This document shows positions 38,446 through 47,253 of a stretch of DNA of 64,000 bases, one piece after another. This DNA comes from Andalucia godoyi And28 (taxonomy: Eukaryota; Protista; Jakobida), in assembly GCA_009859145.1 (NCBI GenBank), contig VRVR01000007.1:1-64000 (forward strand). Reading direction: 5' to 3'. The notes under the pieces were generated by a model. That model made no database searches and was not told the origin of the DNA. It was given only the letters and a program-made list of their open reading frames with translations. A program made the position numbers and the translations under genes. How positions within the stretch are numbered: the stretch's first letter is position 1; every line of letters begins with the position of its first letter.

Positions 38446-38714
38446 ATGCAGACGATTTTCTCTCTCAATGAAGAAGAAGAGGACACAGACGGAAGGAGAA
38501 AGGGGAAAGCATGATTCCAGCTCTCACCGACTGTAGATGCAGACTTGGCGCCATGTTCCAGCATTTGGCGCGTGGCAGGCGGATATCCGAAATGCACTTT
38601 TTCGATTCATTTTGTTTTAGTTTTTTCCCGTGGGTTTTTCGCCATCTTTTCACACTTTTTATGATCACCATCATTACGTATTAATTCACTTTGCATCATA
38701 TCTGCTGAGCAAGA

Positions 38715-41700
38715 ATGAGTGCGCTGCTTCATTCGAATCCGACGAATCCGCTCGGGACAAAGGATGCGGCGCTGCTGTTTGGAATTTCAAGGAGGCTGCA
38801 AGACGAGCTGTTTGATATCTGCGCAGGGCTTGGAGAATACGTGGACGAGGAATTTGTGAAGGGCGAGGACTGCTATGAGTGCTTGCAGGACATGCTTCGG
38901 TCACTGAGGAGACAGGACATGCGCAGTCGACCAGCATTCATTCTTCTGGGCCGGTGGGACTGCTTTCAAAAGTACTTTGTGCCGTTGGTCACCGAGTTCC
39001 ACGATGATCACCAAATGATGTACACGCTCGTGAAGATCCTTTGTTTGCTGTGTCAGGATCTGCAGGAGGATATGGAAGCTGCAACAAAGACGTATGCGAA
39101 ACAGATTTTTGCAAACTTTAAAGATGCTGCAACAGCTCCAGGATTTTTGCAAGGTCTGTCGTTCTCCATTGCGGCACCCATCCAGCGAATTGCTTCAGAC
39201 TCGTTCTCGGAACAGGACGTCCTGTACTTGGATATGGTGTGTGATTTAATCATGCATCTCTTGTCGTACGATGAAGACCAGTCTTTGGACCGCGCCCGTG
39301 CCATTCATCGCACTCATGACGCATTCGTCATCAAGATGAAGGAAGCAGCATGGCTCGATGTGTTCACGTTTGTGTGCCAGGAATGGAAAACGTTCTATGA
39401 TGCAATGCCGCAGCCTCGGTTTTCCAGAACGCTGCTCGACATCTTTGCGCATTTCGTGCTCCCCTTTGATCCTGCAGACATTGCCTCTCTTCACGGAAAG
39501 ACTTCCAAGACAGAAGTCTGCAAAGTGGATTTCCACAAGGCTATTAAACGAGAGCAGGAAATCAGGAATGCAAAGTCAAAGGCACTACCGATACACTCTC
39601 GACACTCGAGATTTGGCGGGCTCTTTGTGCAAAAAATGAAGCATCCTGACCACACTGCTGTGGTTGTTGGCCAGAAGAATGTTGGTGTCGCTACGCAGCT
39701 GAAGAAGGCTCGGTCGAAGAGATCACAAGTGCCCACACAGAATGGCATTGAGCATCGTGTAGAGGCTTCGTCTGAAGGAAAATTGATGGTGTCGGAGTTT
39801 CTCGAATCGTTTGTCCCCAGTGCATCGTTTGCAAACCTGATGAATGATTGCTTGCGGCGCATTCCCTCGAATCCAGAAACGCTTTCTCGCTCGGGAGGAA
39901 TGCTCCTTCTTCGCATCAGCACGTGGATTTCGTGTTGGTGGCGCAACCGCTTGTCTCACTTGCAGAAGAAGAACGAAAACGACCCGTCTTGGAAATGGGA
40001 CTCGACCGTCATGGCTCCGCTGTTCGATCGTGACTTCATTCTTCTGGTGTTGAAACAAGCAAATTTTGCGCTTATGGAAGAGAAGAATTGGAGGATTCTG
40101 CAAAGATGTGTGTCGTTTGCACATGAAGTGCTGTTGCACACTGAAAAAATGCGTCGGTTTGGAGACGACAACAACGTGGACACTGCAGAGTTCCTGCAGA
40201 CGAATCTTCTTGCTGAGAAGGATAATGTCCTCCTGTATGTTCGCGTGCTTTCGTCGTATGTTCCATCACACTTTCCGTATGAATTTTTGTGCAATACCCT
40301 GGAAGCAGTGTATTACATTGTCAAGGTTGCCGAGCGATTGTCCAAGAATGGCATCATTCTTGTCAAGCAGATTCGAAAGATCAGAAGAAATGTCAAAATC
40401 AATGCGAAGGACGATGAAGAGAGCGAGGATGGCGACGACGGTCTCGTTCAGGGTGTCGGAAAGAAGCGAGCTTCCAATTCGGAGAATCAACCGGACGAAG
40501 ATTTGGAAAATTTCATCAACGATGCCGAAGTCCGGGATCAAACGGAGATGGAGGAAGAGGGTACCAAGGAAATGGAAGATGCGGGAATATCGGATGCTCG
40601 CCTGAAGAGTGTGGAGGAGGACGGTGAGGATGGTGGGGTTGCAATTCAGCAGCCTTCTCCAACCAGGGATCTGCAGGACAAGGGAAGTGAAGAAGAGGGC
40701 TCCGATGAAGATTCAGAAGACGGAGAAACAGTGAAAAAACTCTTGGCTCCTGTCCTGGGTGCGGAGACCGTGGTTGATGCCGGCTTGGTCGAATCGAGGG
40801 AAGCCAGGAGAGATGCAACTGAAGAGGAGACGGCGCAGACTGCTGACGGGGAGCATCGGCGTCCTGATGACGTGGACGAAGCATCCGTTCCAGCAGTGAG
40901 CAAGCGTGGCGACGGGGAGAATGCGCGCGGCGGTCCCGTTGGTGCGGGGGAAAACGCCCCGAAAGGTGCGACAACCTCAGAAGAGGAGGTCGAGGAATAT
41001 GAGGAAGATCTGACTGCGGAGACGGAGACACGGCTGAGTGTGCAGCACATTGTCGATAAGCTGATATCCGGACAGTGCTTCCGGGTCATGGAGCAAATGT
41101 TTGACAAGTATGTGCTGAACTCCGTCAAGACGAATTACTACCTGGTCCACTTTTTTAAGAGAATATGGGAAGCCTTGGATATGCGATCCATGTTTTACTC
41201 GGTTACGTTTTTCCAAGTCTGTTTCAATATTCTGACGAGACAAGCTTCAAAATGCCTGATGGACGGAGTGAAAATCGAGCATGTTGATTGGCAGGAGGGA
41301 TCCAAGTTTTGCGAAATGGTTTTGAGCACATTTTTCAACTGCGATCTTCCGTCCAACTCGTTGTTGCTGATTGAAATGCTGTTTCCCAAAGCAAAAGTTG
41401 ACTGTGTCGTCATTCAATCCCGATATGAGACTCTTGCAGGCAGCATGACAGCATTGAAGCAAATGCATATTCATCAGAAAAAGGCGTCTGCTGTGGGTGA
41501 AACTGTGGAGGATGCGACCATTCCGGTTCTCGCAGATTCGTCGGATGACGAAGAAGAGGATATATTTGACCGGCAAACGAAGAGCAGAAAAGAAGACGCG
41601 GATGAAGACGCGCCCTCTTGGGATGCTTTGCTCTCGACAAGGAAGAAGGCCAAAAACATCGATTTTGAAGACGATGGCGCGGGAGCGTTTGCGCCAAAAC

Positions 41701-42077
41701 AGGGCGGCTCCTCCAACGAAAATGGCATTGGCGATGATCGTCATCACGATCACGACGACGCCGATGACGATGACAATGACGATGACAATGACACGGATGG
41801 AAATGACTTGCTTGAGAATCGGATTTCAACCGCAGTTGCAGATCACAATCCGTTTGAGGACGCGCCCCCAAAACCAATGCGGAGTTCACGAGCGATTCAA
41901 AATAATCCGGACAGCGACGAGGGCTTCGCGCGAGCGCTGAAAAGAGCGAGAGCCGCCGTTGAAGACGACGTTGAGAACGATGATGAAAACATGGAGGTGA
42001 CGAAACATTCCGAACCAACAGGACGAGCACCAAAGAAGCGAAGGGTGCTCGACTCGGATGATGATGATGATTCTTGA
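38715..42077 (+). CDS. TIMELESS: Timeless/Tof1 replication fork protection protein
   Basis: ICAGLG...FVKGEDCYECLQDMLRSLRRQD, SRHSRFGGLF, VKTNYYLVHFFKRI...MFYSVTFF motifs. Confidence 0.9.
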   Translation: MSALLHSNPTNPLGTKDAALLFGISRRLQDELFDICAGLGEYVDEEFVKGEDCYECLQDMLRSLRRQDMRSRPAFILLGRWDCFQKYFVPLVTEFHDDHQMMYTLVKILCLLCQDLQEDMEAATKTYAKQIFANFKDAATAPGFLQGLSFSIAAPIQRIASDSFSEQDVLYLDMVCDLIMHLLSYDEDQSLDRARAIHRTHDAFVIKMKEAAWLDVFTFVCQEWKTFYDAMPQPRFSRTLLDIFAHFVLPFDPADIASLHGKTSKTEVCKVDFHKAIKREQEIRNAKSKALPIHSRHSRFGGLFVQKMKHPDHTAVVVGQKNVGVATQLKKARSKRSQVPTQNGIEHRVEASSEGKLMVSEFLESFVPSASFANLMNDCLRRIPSNPETLSRSGGMLLLRISTWISCWWRNRLSHLQKKNENDPSWKWDSTVMAPLFDRDFILLVLKQANFALMEEKNWRILQRCVSFAHEVLLHTEKMRRFGDDNNVDTAEFLQTNLLAEKDNVLLYVRVLSSYVPSHFPYEFLCNTLEAVYYIVKVAERLSKNGIILVKQIRKIRRNVKINAKDDEESEDGDDGLVQGVGKKRASNSENQPDEDLENFINDAEVRDQTEMEEEGTKEMEDAGISDARLKSVEEDGEDGGVAIQQPSPTRDLQDKGSEEEGSDEDSEDGETVKKLLAPVLGAETVVDAGLVESREARRDATEEETAQTADGEHRRPDDVDEASVPAVSKRGDGENARGGPVGAGENAPKGATTSEEEVEEYEEDLTAETETRLSVQHIVDKLISGQCFRVMEQMFDKYVLNSVKTNYYLVHFFKRIWEALDMRSMFYSVTFFQVCFNILTRQASKCLMDGVKIEHVDWQEGSKFCEMVLSTFFNCDLPSNSLLLIEMLFPKAKVDCVVIQSRYETLAGSMTALKQMHIHQKKASAVGETVEDATIPVLADSSDDEEEDIFDRQTKSRKEDADEDAPSWDALLSTRKKAKNIDFEDDGAGAFAPKQGGSSNENGIGDDRHHDHDDADDDDNDDDNDTDGNDLLENRISTAVADHNPFEDAPPKPMRSSRAIQNNPDSDEGFARALKRARAAVEDDVENDDENMEVTKHSEPTGRAPKKRRVLDSDDDDDS

Positions 42078-42182
42078 AGAGATAGTCAAGGTTAAACAAT
42101 TAATTAAAAAAAAGTGATACCAGCCAGCACTCCTTCACCTCTCCCTTTTCTTCTTTCTCGTCATGAAACGGGGCACGGCGAG

Positions 42183-43220
42183 CTATGTGGACGTTTGCTG
42201 TGCATCACGAGTATCCGCAATGATCTCCACGGAAGTTCTAGAATGTGCAGATGAATTCGATTCTGCAACGCTGATTTCGCAAGACTCCTCCGTTCCTTCC
42301 TCAAGAACAGACATGTCGACAAAGGAGTCACTGGTCTGTGGGATCTCCGCTACTTCCATTTCTGGATCGCTATGACCCGCATTACCGTCTGTGGTCGATG
42401 ACTCGACATGAATTGTCATTTCTACGTCCTCCACAGCGGTCGACGCAACCTGCACCTCTTGCACCGCGGTAACAGCGACTGGATCGGAACTCAAGTTGAC
42501 GCACGACGCAGCTGCAGCAGACAATGGCAACGCTGTAGTTGGCTCGATTCTTGCAGCCAGTGCTGCAAACGGGTCATCGTCCTCGACTGGCATCGACTGT
42601 TTCTTTCGCTTGCCATTCCTATTGCCATCCACATGCTTGATGTGGCTTGATGAAGATCGTTTTTTCTGCCCCATGCTCGATTTCCAATCCAGGCGCTCGA
42701 GCCAAATCAAGACACAGAATGACAAGATGAAACAAAGGATGATGCCGCCTGCCAATGCCAGCCAAAATGGTTCATCAATCGGGAACTGGCCATTCAATAT
42801 TGTGACGTAGCAAACATGCAGAATACCAATCGAGCCGACGTAATCCCACGAATCGGAAGAACGTTCCACAAACAGCGACAAGAATATGGATGTCAGTCCA
42901 AGAGAAAGAGTTAGTGCACACACATTCACAATCAAGCGTGGACTTGGGTCATCGGGAACCTTGTCGTCGAATTCATCCATGGAATAGAATTTGGAAACGA
43001 AAAAAGGGACGTTTGCAATGATCGCGTATGTATAGACGAGAAAGAAGTACACTGCATAGAACAAGATGTAGCATCCAACGAGCGTCCCGAGAACTCTCCA
43101 CGGATTGAGCCGCAATGTCGCAACCGACTTTGACCGGTGCTCAATCACAATGGCAATCATGAAGGACAAAAACACCAGCCCATAAAACACAGCGCAGTAC
43201 GTACTGTTGACCTCCTTCAT
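42183..43220 (-). CDS. Multi-pass membrane protein, TMEM244/SYS1-like, with disordered C-tail
   Basis: ILFYAVYF and WDYVGSIGILHV...QFP...FWLAL resemble TMEM244/SYS1; five hydrophobic segments. ATG at 43220. Confidence 0.65.
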   Translation of the reverse strand: MKEVNSTYCAVFYGLVFLSFMIAIVIEHRSKSVATLRLNPWRVLGTLVGCYILFYAVYFFLVYTYAIIANVPFFVSKFYSMDEFDDKVPDDPSPRLIVNVCALTLSLGLTSIFLSLFVERSSDSWDYVGSIGILHVCYVTILNGQFPIDEPFWLALAGGIILCFILSFCVLIWLERLDWKSSMGQKKRSSSSHIKHVDGNRNGKRKKQSMPVEDDDPFAALAARIEPTTALPLSAAAASCVNLSSDPVAVTAVQEVQVASTAVEDVEMTIHVESSTTDGNAGHSDPEMEVAEIPQTSDSFVDMSVLEEGTEESCEISVAESNSSAHSRTSVEIIADTRDAQQTST

Positions 43221-43238
43221 CACCTCGGCTTCAGCAAT

Positions 43239-43305
43239 CACCCACTCACCCACTCACCCACTCACTCACTCACTCACTCACTCACCACTCACTCACTCAC
43301 TCACT
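43239..43305. repeat. (ACTC/ACCC)n tetranucleotide repeat
   Basis: Imperfect CACT/CACC array just upstream of the 43220 start. Confidence 0.88.
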
Positions 43306-43786
43306 CCGAGCCCTCAAAATATTAGGAAAATGAAGAAGAAAATCCAAAAAATGTATGTGTATCCAAATCAACAATCCAAATGTTCTCGCCGCACCCCCGA
43401 GCTTTATCCAGTTTTGGATGCACAAACACTGAAGCAATGTCCACACAGCAGTGAGAGAGAGTGTGTGTGCGTGACGAAAAACGGAAAAAGACCACACCGC
43501 GAAACCATCCTGTATTCAGATTCCCAAACTCTCTCTACAGTGTATTAAATAGTGGATGACAGTTGTCGACGCGACTTGCACGTATGGCTCAACAGGCAGA
43601 CAAGCAAGCAGCGGCACACATTTTTGGTCCGTCTTTTTTTCCTTTCGTTACTGTTCCTTACTAATTTATAATATTATTTTATTTTCCTCCCAGCGCTACT
43701 TTGCTTCGCACTTGGTTCTCCGCATTCTCCTCTCTGGACTTTGTAGTGTACGTGGAGGTCGTTCCCCACCCCGCTTGGCATTTTTC

Positions 43787-45043
43787 ATGTTGGATTCTCT
43801 ACCACGGTCTTTGCACGGCAGCGATTCTGACTTTGCGGCTGGAGCGCCGAACAGATGGTATCGGATTGAACGGCAAAGCCGGGCGAAGTTCACGGTTTAC
43901 TTTCCTCGAACGGCATCGCGGTTCTGGAACATGCTGCTCTTTTCGTCTCGCCGCCTAAGTGCGTTCTACAGCGTTGGATCGCTAATTGGCATTCTTGGAC
44001 TGTTTGTCTCGCTGTTCATTCTTGGAAAGTCAGTTATGCAGGACATTTCGGAACTCTATTTTTCAGCGAGTGCGGACCTCTTGGATCCGGTCAAGGTACA
44101 AAAGCATGTCAAGTCAGCCCCGTCGTTGGTTCCGTTTGTGCCTGGAGTCACCGTGTCCTTCTCGTTCTTTCCATTCTACATTGCAGCACTTGTGGTTGCA
44201 GTTGCCATTCATGAATGGGGCCACGCAATCGCTGCAAACGTCGAAAAAATTGGCATTCGCGGCGCTGGCATTGTGGTGTGGTATGGTGTCCCAGGCGCTT
44301 ATGTGGACATGGAAGATGGAGAACTTGCTCGTGCTTCGCATCGCACTCGGTTCCGCGTGTATTCCGCTGGAGTATTCCATAACCTGCTGTTGGCTGTGAT
44401 TGCATGGATGGGAATCATGTGTTTTCCGTACGTTGCGTCGTTGTTCTATTCTCAAATACGCGGGGTCGCAGTGGTTTCTGTGCCGCCGGCTTTTCTGGGA
44501 TTCTCCCGGCAGTTGCAGCCCAACGATGTCATCTTGTCCGTTGCGCGTTGCCACGTGACATCGATGGAGTCGTACTACAACTGTCTTGTGAACTTCAAGG
44601 AAAGTTATCCGGTTGCGATTGGACCACAAGAGATTATTTCACTTGTTTTTGAGGTCCAGCGTGACTCAAAGATTGAAGAATTCTCAGATGGTTTCCACTG
44701 GAGTGATCTTGTGCAAGATCTGCGGGTATCTCCGTATGTCCCGCGTCCCGGTATTAAGTTCCTCCCGTTTTCCTTCGAGGCTCCCCGATGGACGCTGGAT
44801 TTCCTATCCATGCTGACGAGCGTTTCCGTCAGTTTGGCACTGTTGAACTGTGTCGCCTGCTGGATGCTCGATGGATTTCATGTTTGGACAACGCTGGTGT
44901 CGTATTTGGCAGACAAGCGTAACTTGCAAGGACGGTCGTTGAATGACTTGTGGGCTGCGCACCGTGTTTTTGTGTATCTATCAGCGGGTCTTATGTGTCT
45001 CGGGGTTGTCTTTTCGAGTATTCGGTTTGCGAAGGGCATATGA
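43787..45043 (+). CDS. MBTPS2: Site-2 protease (M50 intramembrane metalloprotease)
   Basis: HEWGH zinc motif, PGAYV, SAGVFHNLLL, PDZ-like insert, NCVACWMLDG. First ATG at 43787; true start uncertain. Confidence 0.9.
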   Translation: MLDSLPRSLHGSDSDFAAGAPNRWYRIERQSRAKFTVYFPRTASRFWNMLLFSSRRLSAFYSVGSLIGILGLFVSLFILGKSVMQDISELYFSASADLLDPVKVQKHVKSAPSLVPFVPGVTVSFSFFPFYIAALVVAVAIHEWGHAIAANVEKIGIRGAGIVVWYGVPGAYVDMEDGELARASHRTRFRVYSAGVFHNLLLAVIAWMGIMCFPYVASLFYSQIRGVAVVSVPPAFLGFSRQLQPNDVILSVARCHVTSMESYYNCLVNFKESYPVAIGPQEIISLVFEVQRDSKIEEFSDGFHWSDLVQDLRVSPYVPRPGIKFLPFSFEAPRWTLDFLSMLTSVSVSLALLNCVACWMLDGFHVWTTLVSYLADKRNLQGRSLNDLWAAHRVFVYLSAGLMCLGVVFSSIRFAKGI

Positions 45044-45102
45044 CGATCGCAGTTCCCCGTGCAGTTCTCTTGTGATGTGTAATCCTTTCGCTCTTCTGTT
45101 TA

Positions 45103-46172
45103 TCACCGCCGTCTCTGTACAAGAAGAATGTCTCGCAGAACAGTGCCCGAGCCCATCGTCACGAGCATCTGCGAATCCAGGGACCCTTCCGCCGAGACCA
45201 GTTGCTGGAATTCCAGGATTCCGCCATCCAGTCCAAAATACAGGCGCTTGGCAGCAACCAGGGCGATCCCGTTTGGAGACAAGTACCGCACCAACAATTT
45301 ATGCAATCGCTGGATTGCGTTCGTAGAATAGATCGTTTCCGACGTTAGAATGCAGTCAAACGTCCGCGCTGTTTCATATGCACTCCAGTCTCCGCTGACG
45401 AATTCTAGAGTACATTTGGCAGCATCCGGATGTGTGCTCAGGAACTTCAGGACATTTGGTATCGTGACGTCCTCCAGGACTTCTCGATTCTATTGCCTCA
45501 CATAGTGTGTTAAAAGTACAATACAAACACAAACAAAACAAAAAAACTCAAACTCCCGGTTAGTGTTCACGAAGCATTGCTCTTTGGTGAAGAGGGGGCT
45601 GAAAGAGGTGCGCCTCTTTTTTCCTCGGAAAAACATACGTAATCATGCAACACCGCAGTGCGACACCCGCCGAGAATGGCAACTAACGTAGGAAGCCCGT
45701 GTCCGCAGCCTGCCTCGAGCACCGATCCATTGACCACTGACGCACGCACCCTCTTCGAGAATTCAAGCATTCGATTCACGATGAGATTGGAAGAACTCAG
45801 GCATTGTTGCTGCTGGAAAAGAGCGTCCAAAAGGACTTGACACAGGTCAATTGAACATTCCCAGACTTTGTAGCCTCCTTCATACACAGTAGGCACCAAA
45901 TCCGAAATGCCGAGATCCGAAAGATGTGGCCTGGACTTTGCAAGCTGTCCGTCTCGAACGACCACTCGATCAAGAGACAGGGTCGGTGCAATGACCTGTG
46001 GTGTGAATTCGCGACCATCGATGACAGCGTACGGCACAGCCAGCATCTCCATCGGTCGGATCTCTCCGTCTCCCGTATCGTGCTTCTCACTCCCCGCATC
46101 ATTCGACCCAGAGTTCGAACCAGAAGGTCCAAAGAAGGAAAACGAAGCTCCAGGGCCAGAAGCCCCAAACAT
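45103..46172 (-). CDS. METTL18: Histidine methyltransferase METTL18/Hpm1 homolog (exons 46172-45639 and 45489-45103)
   Basis: SDLVPTVYEGGYKVWECSIDL, VLEAGCGHGLP. A GTATGT..TAG intron (45638-45490, 149 nt) restores HDYNREVL, followed by SGDW, DCILTSETIYS and KRLYFGLDGG. Confidence 0.93.
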
Positions 46173-46334
46173 TTTTCTCTCTCTGCTTCTTTTCTCCTCT
46201 TCTCAAACCTCCCTCTGCTTCTCCTACCCATCCCTGAGAAAATAACAAGCAATGTGTGTCAAGCAAGTCATAAAGGAGGCCCAGCAGGGGGCGCGTATGG
46301 ATGAAATGAGATGTGGAAAGCAGCAGCACCTTGT

Positions 46335-46453
46335 AGGTACGGCCATACTAGAGTGAAAATACCGCATCCCGTCCGATTTGCGAAGTCAAGTGCTCTCAGG
46401 CTGGAGTAGTACTGAGGTGGGTGACCACTCGGGAATTCCCAGTGCTGTACTTT
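46335..46453 (+). rRNA. 5S rRNA gene (single copy in the window)
   Basis: TACGGCCATAC start, ATCCCGTCCGAT, GAAGTCAAG (box A), GTAGTACT..GTGGGTGACC (box C), GGGAAT..GTGCTGTA; 9-bp terminal helix; ~119 nt. Confidence 0.96.
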
Positions 46454-46455
46454 TT
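46451..46455 (+). terminator. Pol III oligo-T terminator of the 5S gene
   Basis: TTTTT at the 3' end of the 5S sequence. Confidence 0.8.
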
Positions 46456-46599
46456 ATTTTGGTTTTGGCTTTGCAGTGTTTTGCTTCCTTTCGGTGATGC
46501 CTTTGCATTATTATGATTTTTTTATAATTTTTTTACATCGCAGTACTGGGAATGGAGCAGGGTGGGGAAGAAAGGACACTCAAAAAAAAAAAAAAAAAC

Positions 46600-46905
46600 A
46601 GCAGCGTTGTTAGAGAGAATCAGATGAGGAAGGCCTGAGAAGGGCGAGAGGTGTGGGATGCTGACAGCGTGTTTGCTGTAACGTGAAAGGTTGGCGGCGG
46701 CATCGCAGCAGACCGGCAATGCAGGAAGAAAACAGTTGATTGTGGATGATGTGCTGTCAACAGGCGGTTGTCCGGGCAAATGACGTTTCGTCGTAACAGT
46801 ATCGGACGAAGCACACAACCAGAACGCGGACAACAACCCTTACAAGCCTGACCGCTTTCGGAGCCTTCTCGAGGGCTGCTCTGATTCTTTTGTGAAAGCA
46901 ACGAC
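46600..46905. ncRNA. Candidate structured non-coding RNA, family unidentified
   Basis: Nested complementary segments close the ends and interior; no ATG-led ORF explains it; a 17-nt A run (T run on minus) at one end. Confidence 0.3.
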
Positions 46906-47253
46906 CAATGTCCCAACTACTATCAAGAAGAAAGAAATGAAGAGAAAAAAGAGAAGGACGATGAAGAACCGCCCTTTCTGTTCTGTGCAATTCCTGATCT
47001 TTCCTCTCTTCTGCTTCCTCTTGTCTTTCCTTTTGTTTTTCTTCAACTAATTAATCAAATCACCCATCCGTCTTTTCTCTGATCCCGCACGGCATTGTAC
47101 AAAAAGAACAAAAACAGAAAGAAAAAGAAGCCGCCAAAGAAGGACGCTTGATTAAGGCATAACTATTTGCGTCAAGATTAGAGCTGGCATCCACTGAGCT
47201 ACAGGAAGGAAGGGAAGGAAAGAAAAAAGAAGAAGAAAATTACGTTTCACCAT

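Noticed and set aside
46628-46639. RNase P RNA call from the CR-I-like GGAAGGCCTGAG
   Set aside because: No same-strand CR-V able to form P4 and no room for P1-P3 upstream; kept only as an unidentified candidate.
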